A stretch of 64,000 bases of DNA. Source: Amoebidium appalachense (lineage: Eukaryota; Protista; Ichthyosporea). Under the pieces are notes generated by a model. That model did not search any database, was not told where the DNA came from, and saw only the letters and a list, made by a program, of their open reading frames with translations. Numbering within the stretch: position 1 is the stretch's first letter; every line of letters starts with the position of its first letter. Shown here one piece after another: positions 56,415 to 64,000 of the stretch. Location: positions 9,267,010-9,331,009 of the forward strand of contig CAVNZM010000011.1 in the NCBI GenBank assembly GCA_963693365.1, read 5' to 3'. Both the position numbers and the translations under genes were made by a program.

Positions 56415-58853
56415 GGGGGGGGGAAGGGGGGGGGGGGGGGGGGTCAAGGTTGCAAGGGCCACATTCTAAGCATGTGATGTTGCACAGGCTGGGGCACTAT
56501 CAGTACCGGGTGGTGGATGCAGACGACCCCAACTGCAGTGCCGCCCTCGACAGCGGCATCGACCCCATCAAGATCCCCCGCCTGGTCATCTATGAGAAGA
56601 CCATGCAGACCGTGAACTCGGTGGTATGTGCACCCAGGTTGTGTTGTGCAGGGTTTTATTGGACAGAGTGGAGAGTGGATGATACTACATTCCCTGACGG
56701 AGTATAACCAGACTTCCCAGCCTAACAGCTATTGGATAAGAATCTAACGGTATGCCATCCATGTTGCTGGGTCCACTTTATAGTTATTCTATGGCTTTCT
56801 GCAACACAAGGTTTTACAACATATCGCAGCCCTCACCGCATTTTTGCAATCGCCTGATGCACACATGCATGCAGTGGGCGCTTGTTGAGAGCCGCAAGGT
56901 GGACCCGACCCGCTGCTGTGCGGTGTTTGATGAGGCCCAGGGCCTGGAGGGGCTGCGGGTGCTGGAGGAGCAGACCCAGTTCCTGTTCCGGGCCATTTGC
57001 ACGTCATCGCTGTTTGACGATTTATTCAGGTGCTCCCCCCCCCCCCTCCCCCCCCCCCGTCCCTCCCTCCCTCCCTCCCCTGTTGCATCACATTTTGGCA
57101 CTGGGCAATTTTTTTTGCGATTATTCATCTCTCCAAGACTCTTTCGACAAAGCCACATGGTGTTAATCGACATCAAGGTCTGGTGTCTGAAATCTCTCAG
57201 ACGGTCATGTAGTCCGCAGGGAGTGTATACTCTACATGCTATGAGGGAATAGTGGCATTGCTGAGCCCGTGCCAACCTTTGTCCTCCCCCTTCTCCCCCC
57301 CCCCCCCCCCCCCCCCCCCCCGCGCAGGTGCACGCCTGCACACACACACGAATGCATGCACACATCAGCCACACACACACGCACCCATGTACACGGACGC
57401 ACACACACACATACACACACACACACACACACACATGGGGCTTTACAGGGTCTGCACTCGGCTTTCGTTGGCTGCATAGAACATGCTAAATCTTGACAAG
57501 AGCCAAAACTTAATTAACAACTGTTCCGTAGCCCATAACTCTCATCAACTGTTGTTTTAGGCATAACTTAGCGCGACAACTGATTGAGCCTTCGAGTCAC
57601 ATAGTTATTCAAAACTGTGCTAGCCAGCCAGTGCAGTAACCTTTTGCATGGTGCAAACCTTTGCTGTGAACCCCCCCCCCCCCCCCCCCCCTCCCCTTCC
57701 ATCCTCCCCTCTGAGCCCCATTAAACCCACCCTTCCTTTCCTTAAGACTGGCGAAGCATAGTGACCATCCGCCTTATTCATATCCGGAATCTATTACCGT
57801 TTGTGATGTGTTCTTGCGTATGGGTTTGTGTTTGTCTATTCGGCTGGACCTTTGTGAATGGATATCTTGGTGCGTCCACCATTAAGGACAAAGGGTTCAT
57901 TTTGAAATTTCACTATGTAATTGATCAAATTTCATATGTAGGATTATCGGCCCCCACTGAGTATCGGGAGTTAGGGAGTATGCGGGATTACGATCTGCCG
58001 TTATGCACATGCTTGGTTCATCCCCGCACTCAATTTGATTGGTGTGGACATAACGGACCAATAGTCTTATATACCATATATGGTATGTAAGGAAATTTAT
58101 TTTTGGACATTTATTCGTTAAGTGCTGAGCACGTGACACCGAGTTTGTGTGAGCCTAAAATGTGCAATCTTTCACTGGTAGCCATATCCTACAGCAAAAA
58201 TCTGAAAAATTGATAACCTAAACATATGGTCGGTAGTAAATGACTGGCGATATCACAGGAGAATGCGAATCTGGAGCAGGCTGGGATTTCTTCCAGATGA
58301 AATTCAACGGGAGCTTGATATCAAGTAAACCCCCCTCCTCCCCTCCCTCCCCTCCTTTCTCTCTCTCTCTCTCCCTTCTTCCTTCCCTTCTAGCTGGCCA
58401 ACCATTATCTTTAGGGGTGGGAGGTGGGGGTGGGGATGAGGGGCTCGGAATAGCAGTATGCATCATTCTCCCCCCCCTCCCCCCCCCCCCCCCCCCCCGC
58501 GGGGGGGGGGGGGGGGGGGGTATAAACGTAATAGTGTATATTAAAAGGGATACCCACTCACTTTTTATTTTTTATTTTTGTTTTTATCTTAATTTTTTTT
58601 TGGGGGGGGGGAGGGGGAGGAGGGGAGGGGGGGGGTTATAAAGCTGTGAAGCTAATACATAATGAGATGGGTACCTACCTGATTTTTTCTGGGTTATGCC
58701 TTAAAAGCATTTTCATGCAGATACAACAATCGTCTCTTGTCAACACATGACCTCGAGCTTGGCTACTGTCACATCAGCGACCGTGATGAGATGACGCGTG
58801 CACAACGAGACTACTACCCAATCTGCTACAATAAGCAGGAAAAGGAGAAGTGA
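47044..58853 (+). CDS. Multi-exon protein-coding gene, family not recognised (~500+ aa)
   Basis: GT-AG exons ~47044-47267, 48162-48246, 49249-49327, 49989-50084, 50517-50623, 50908-50982, ~51850-52009, 52747-52832, 53638-53713, 54218-54304, 55437-55563, 56488-56623, 56875-57029, 58721-58853 (TGA). Most junction phases agree and coding codon bias is strong. First exon not located. Confidence 0.8.
52105..52592. repeat. 20-22-bp intronic minisatellite GCATCTGTTT(GT)n, >20 units
   Basis: gcatctgtttgtgtgtgtgt(gt) repeated in tandem. Confidence 0.95.
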
Positions 58854-59241
58854 ATGGTATACTATAGTATGGGGCACTGTGGCACAGCTCAGAATTTGCA
58901 AGGATTCATCTTAACATATTTGCTACGTTCAGTGATGTCCATTTTTGCATAGTTTTGTGGCTCTTAGTTCTGCATTTTTTGCCATCGTGTCAAGCATGAA
59001 TGTTGCAAGTTCCATATAGTGTCCATTTTTCTGAGCAGACTAGTTTTGGTATCTTTTCTTGATGAAGGTGGATTTCTTACGAATGTGACCTTTCTAAAGA
59101 AAGTTAGTCAGTGGCCATTACAGAAGACAATCACACGAGAAAAAGGTCTGTTGTGTGACCTGTGCATGTGTGCATGCAAAGACAGGCTGTCAGTAATGGG
59201 CGGTGCGCCTGGTGGTTATGGGGCATGCCAAGTTGAAGAGC

Positions 59242-59287
<46 letters not shown>

Positions 59288-59634
59288 ACACCTCCCCCCT
59301 GTTGCAGGCCAAAGTGTCGTCCAGGCCAACGTGTTGTCATCTCTAATTAAAATCCAGGTCGTCAAATTTGACTGGTCTAGGGTGAATATCGGGCAGGCCA
59401 AAATGCACCCCCCCCCCCCCCTCCCCCCTACTACCCTGGGTGACAGGGGGGTCAGAGGGTTTGTATGACGTGGTGGGAGAAACACAGTGTGTGCGCGGCG
59501 GGGGGGGGGGGGGGGGGGGGGGGGGGGTATAAACAATCATTGTCGTGACTTTAGCTTATGACATCTTTTGGGAAAAAGATCATGTCTACTGTTTTTTATC
59601 ATCTTAATACAAATGATGTATTCGGGGGGGACCA

Positions 59635-59671
<37 letters not shown>

Positions 59672-60108
59672 ATAATCATTATAGTGTCCTGAGCTTGTTG
59701 CTTTGTGTGTTGGTCGAAAAGAAATCATGGCCACTGATAGCAGGATTTTACGAACTCGTTGCAAATGGTGTAGTATCATGTGGTTTGTATGTATTTATCG
59801 CCATTGCATTTATAATAACCTTACAGAAGCCATAATACACCATTATGATATAGTCGTAATCATCGATCTTGTATTCTTAAGACATTCTTACATCACAATC
59901 ATTCATAGACTAAGTACTGCTCACATGGAATAAAACCCCGGGCCCCCCGCCGGCGGACAGCATATATATTTTGTATGCTTTAGTTGCCACTACGTTAAAG
60001 AACCATACACAGCAGCCAATTCATGTTATAATCGTAAATATCTTCTATGCATAATTTTCAATCTTGATCTTATACTTATACACCTACATGAAATAAATCC
60101 AGACAGCA

Positions 60109-60726
60109 TCATTCCCAGCCACCCCGAGCCAAGACTACTGGCTCCCTCGACTGTGCCTACTGTCACGAAGACCATCGTGTCACACAGTGTGACAAACCTG
60201 GCTGCTCAATTGCCCGTCGTCACCGTGCCAGCACCAAGTCTGGAAAAGAGGTGCATTTTGCCCTCGTGTCCACCACGGCCTCCCTACCCATGGACCCCTG
60301 CTGGGACTCGGCTTCAAACGTCCACGTGTGCCCAGTAAAGGAGTACTTCTCTACTCTTGAGCCGTGCCCCCCGACTGACGTCCACGGCCTCGGCATCGTC
60401 ACTGCACATCACCGTGGTGTCATCAACCTGGCCGTCACCTACAACGGAGTAACATCAGTACTGAGCCTCAACACCCTCTACGTACCCGACTCCCCAGCCT
60501 TCCTGATTTCACCCTCAATGGCCTCCAAGTCGGGTCTCCTTGCCCACCTCGATGATGAAGATACATTCCCATCCTACCTCTACACTCGTGGTGGCAACAT
60601 CGTGTGTTCCCTCACAGGCACAGATGGACTGTACTTCATCACCGACTATGAGATACGTCCCTCCATCCCTCGGTCCGTCACTGCTCTGGTAACCAACGTC
60701 AAGGTCAACAATGATCCCCAGCTCTG
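60109..60726 (+). mobile_element. Internal Copia fragment (knuckle-protease), near-identical inverted copy of ~40440-41057
   Basis: Same peptide (HFALVSTTASLPMDPCWDSASNVHVC...NNDPQL); homology stops abruptly at ...cagctctg 60726. Confidence 0.95.
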
Positions 60727-61039
60727 CCGATGTGACGTCATCAAAGATGACGTCACATCCACGCGGTCCCGCACCCCTTAGGATATGGGATATGTGAATA
60801 TGAGGTATGTGATATCTGTGTACACATATCGCGATATGGGATATGAGATGTGGGTGGATATATGTACAGGAGCACGTGCACACACTGTGTGTGTGTGTGT
60901 GCAACACGTGCAGAGCATGTGGTTTTAATTAAATGATTAAAGAATTAAAGAGAGAGAGGGCGGAACACGTGTACGCGTACGTGTACGCGTACATGTGGTG
61001 CGTACACAAGTGCGGATCAAAGGAATGCGAAGGTTTGCG

Positions 61040-61249
61040 CAAGGCGTCCAATGGGAATTCGAATTCTGAATTCCATGTACAAGGCGTCCAATGGTATTAC
61101 GGATGCGCAGGGCGGCCAATGATAATTCGGCTCAAAAAAGCAAATTGCCGCACAAGGCGTCCAATGAGCATTAAGGACAGCACATTCCATCCCCAAGGCG
61201 TCCAATGAGCGCCCGGATCGGTCTATCTGGGTCTCTTATTGGACGCCTT
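61040..61249 (+). promoter_or_regulatory. Array of 14-bp CAAGGCGTCCAATG repeats (5 direct incl. 1 degenerate, plus 1 inverted) upstream of polB; TATA-like element at 61448-61454
   Basis: Copies at 61040, 61080, 61108 (cagggcggccaatg), 61153, 61194; inverted attggacgcctt at 61238. Confidence 0.8.
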
Positions 61250-61488
61250 AGGTACACAGGCGGCCGCCGCGACCACACACACACACACAAACAAACACGT
61301 ACCGACGTTGTTTTTTGCAAGATGTTTGCTTTGGAGATTTATTGCACAGGCACAGGCTTGTTATTTTGCATACCGTTCTTTATTGAGGCGTTGCCCTGGC
61401 ACAGCCAGGATTAGCCTAGTAATTATTAAGTAGATTGATACTTGAGATTTATAAGATTACAGCCTGAGATCTAAGGTTACCATTCAAG

Positions 61489-64000
61489 ATGTTCAGAGAG
61501 AGCCAGGAAGAGTTTGAAGATGACCTGTTGCGGGCACTGGATGCCGACCCGCAGCAGGTCCTGCAAGCCCACCCGTTTCTGCAGGCCATGTTGGCCCCAC
61601 CACCCCCCACCCCCACCCCCTCCCCGGCCTCCCCCCGGCCCCCGCCCCCATCAACCACCCCGATGACCCCCAGATCATCGCCATGCCCGCTGAGGGCAAC
61701 TGGCGGCTGCGTTCCCGTGTCGATGACATGCAGGCACGGGGACTGGGTGTGCGTGGTCACACCCTCGAGTACCAACCCCTGCGCACCCTTGACGTCACCG
61801 AGTTCCCCCAGTTCTTTGCTGCCATGCTGTTTGATGCCATTGCCCGTGCAGATGTGCAGGTGGGGGACATGCTGATTGTGCGTATCATCAGCCTGCACGT
61901 GCAGGCCAACGGTGTGGACAACCAGGTGGGGGATGACGGCAACCCCAATGCCGATGTCACCAACCGTCGTGTGTTTACGGCCGGCCCCATGGACGTGTTC
62001 AATGGTGATGTCAACGCCGTGGTGCTCAAGCTGATGGAGAACATACGTCAACGTACCCAGAGTGCAGCCGAGACCTTCATGGACGGCCGATCCAGCGTGC
62101 ATCTGACAGTGGCCCGGCCCAAGGACATGGTGAGGAGGGGTGCCTGCGGCACCCTGTCCACCACCACGGGGGTGAATGCACGGTGGCTGCAGGATCTGGT
62201 GGAGGCCAAGGCCGTGGTGGATGTGACCGCCCTGGTGCAGGATGCCTGCACCACCGACGACCCACAGGTGACCGGGGAGACCTGCCTGGACCATCAGCAG
62301 CTTCACGACTTTGCCTACGGCCCCAACTGTGCCCAGCTGTGCCTGGTGTACTGCATGGTGATGTGGCTCAAGAAGGCAGCCAATGGCAACGAGCAGGCCA
62401 ACCTGCCCACCGAGCACACACGCAAGGTGCTGGGCAAGGGGGGCAACCTAATGGATCGCAAGGACCACCACGTGCTGTGCCACCTGCTGACCCCGGAGGA
62501 GGTGGTGGGGATGGGCAACAACGTCAGATCTTCGGGCTGTGGGGTGTGCAACCTGCTGTTCCCACCCACAGACTACCGTAGCCACTTCAAGGACCGCTAC
62601 CTGCGGAGATTGGTGAGGGCCACCCACGTGCTGTGGGCCAAGTACGGCCTGCCCGTGCCTGCAGAGGACGGCCTGACGGTGGATGAGCTGGGTGCAGCCG
62701 TGGATGCCCTCAACACGGCCATTGCCGAGCAGCCCGAGTCAGTCACCCGCCTGCGGTTGGTGGTGGTGGACATGGACAGCAAGGGCAGGGTGCTACGCCG
62801 GTACGGGGACCTGAGCACGGCCCTGCCCCCCGGCAAGCTGTGCACCATGTACTTGGCCCACTCCCAGAAGCTGGGGCACTTCACGGCCATCACCTCGAGT
62901 GTCAGCACGACCATCGAGCGCCTGCGGCACGACAACCACACGGGGGAGGCACGTCGGAGCCTCAGCACCTGCTTCCACTGCAACCAGACCGTGCAAGCCA
63001 AGAACATGGGGGTGCACCGTTGTGTGAACCGGTGTGAGAACTGTGGATCAAAGCGCCGTCTGCAGCTTGCACGGGCAGGGGAGGAGGTATGGCCTTACCG
63101 TTGTGACGACTGCTGTGGTCTCTTCCCTTCAGCCAAGTGCATGGCCAACCACAGCACCAGGCTCAAGGGGGTGGGGGCCAGGGCCGACGGCCGGCAACAA
63201 TCCTTCTGTGACACCGTGTTCTGGTGCCGGCTGGCCACGTGCACCCACGGTCTGCAGGGGTACCGGGTGTTTGGCAGTGGGGATGATGCCCGTAGGGTGT
63301 GTGTGTCGGGCAACCCTGCCGGCCGGTTCCTCTACAAGTTCAAGTACGCCAGCGTGTGCCGGCTACGTCGGTTGCACACCGCCCAGGAGCAAGGGGGGTA
63401 CGATGCAGGTGCAGATGCCGGCGCCAACGACGAGGGGGAGGACTGGGGCTGGGGCACGGACACGGAGGAGGACTCGGATGCCGAGAATGCCGACTCAGGC
63501 CCCCCACCCAGCCTTGCCGACACGTCGGACGACGAAGGTGACGATGATGACAACGGCGATGGCATCGACCTCATGCAGATGTCTGAGGGGGAGGGGGATG
63601 ACGGGGGTGAGCACGGGGGCAAGAAGAAGGACGACACGTGGACACAGCACCTGTGCACCGACTACGACTGCAAGGGGTGTGGGGGGTACATGCCCTGCAA
63701 CCACACGTGCCTCATACGCAGCAAGCGTGACCAGCGACGTGTGTACATGTGCACGCACACGGATGCAGACGGCACGGCGTGCGGCAGGGTGGCGTGCTAC
63801 TCCAACGAGCATGGGCAGGGGGAGGAGGGGGAGGAGGGGGAGGGGGAGGGGCCGGAGAGTCACCTGCACGGCAGAGGGCCAGGTTGGATGGTGCCGACGG
63901 CAGGGTGGGTGCACACGTGTGCAAACGGCACGTGCCCGACGACGATGGCAGCAGGGGGCCGTGGAAGCAGACCCGGCAGCCCATCAGGGACATCGTGCTG
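61489..64000 (+). CDS. polB: Protein-primed family B DNA polymerase, N-terminal part (terminal-protein/vOTU-like region and Zn-finger cluster); runs off the window
   Basis: ATG 61489, frameshift in the C run ~61603-61608, then a stop-free frame to the window end. Maverick pPolB N-terminal motif order: IRQRTQSAAETFMDGRSSVHLTVARP..RGACG; AVVDV..GPNCAQLCLV; YLAHSQKLGHFTAITS; CFHC..HRCVNRCENC; CDDCCGLFPSAKCMANH; HLCTDYDCKGCGGYMPCNHTCLI. A second shift at ~63850 gives ..QPIRDIVL, where the Exo I motif is expected. Catalytic polymerase motifs lie outside the window. Confidence 0.8.

Larger units (their letters stand above)
60727..64000 (+). mobile_element. Left end of a Polinton/Maverick (adintovirus-like) endogenous DNA virus element
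   Basis: Begins at the Copia breakpoint with a hairpin, GATATG repeats, palindromes and a CCAAT repeat array, followed by an intronless GC-rich pPolB-like ORF lacking host-type homopolymer introns. Confidence 0.8.

Noticed and set aside
61040-61207. True CRISPR array
   Set aside because: Repeat only 14 bp, spacer lengths irregular (14-31 nt), one inverted copy, no cas genes, eukaryotic context; kept as an iteron/promoter-like array
61449-63993. Minus-strand ORFs (322, 136, 139 aa etc.)
   Set aside because: Antisense shadows of the GC3-rich polB frame

Overview
Eukaryotic, intron-rich genomic DNA read in the standard code with GT-AG introns. Introns are packed with poly-C/poly-G runs and (CA)n/(GT)n microsatellites, so most ORF-track entries are low-complexity artefacts. 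Host genes: the 3' part of an ITFG1/LINKIN (FG-GAP) gene (147-10336 +), a damaged GT31 beta-1,3-galactosyltransferase-like gene (33285-39468 -), and a multi-exon gene of unrecognised family (47044-58853 +). Between them is a dense mobile-element landscape: a decayed Ty3/Gypsy pol, a DIRS/Ngaro-like element whose pol region appears replaced by an unrelated spliced gene, an intron-containing Mutator (MULE) transposase pseudogene, and two Ty1/Copia LTR+PBS copies, one with a truncated gag-protease ORF. The highlight is at the right end. A Copia fragment is cut at 60726 by a Polinton/Maverick (adintovirus-like) element. It starts with a perfect 14-bp hairpin carrying two CRE sites, continues with an iteron-like array of 14-bp CCAAT repeats separated by unique spacers, and then encodes a long protein-primed DNA polymerase N-terminus (vOTU-like Cys/His plus a Zn-finger cluster). 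That ORF runs off the window and is absent from the ORF track. All family calls are by-eye motif recognition, with no database searches.
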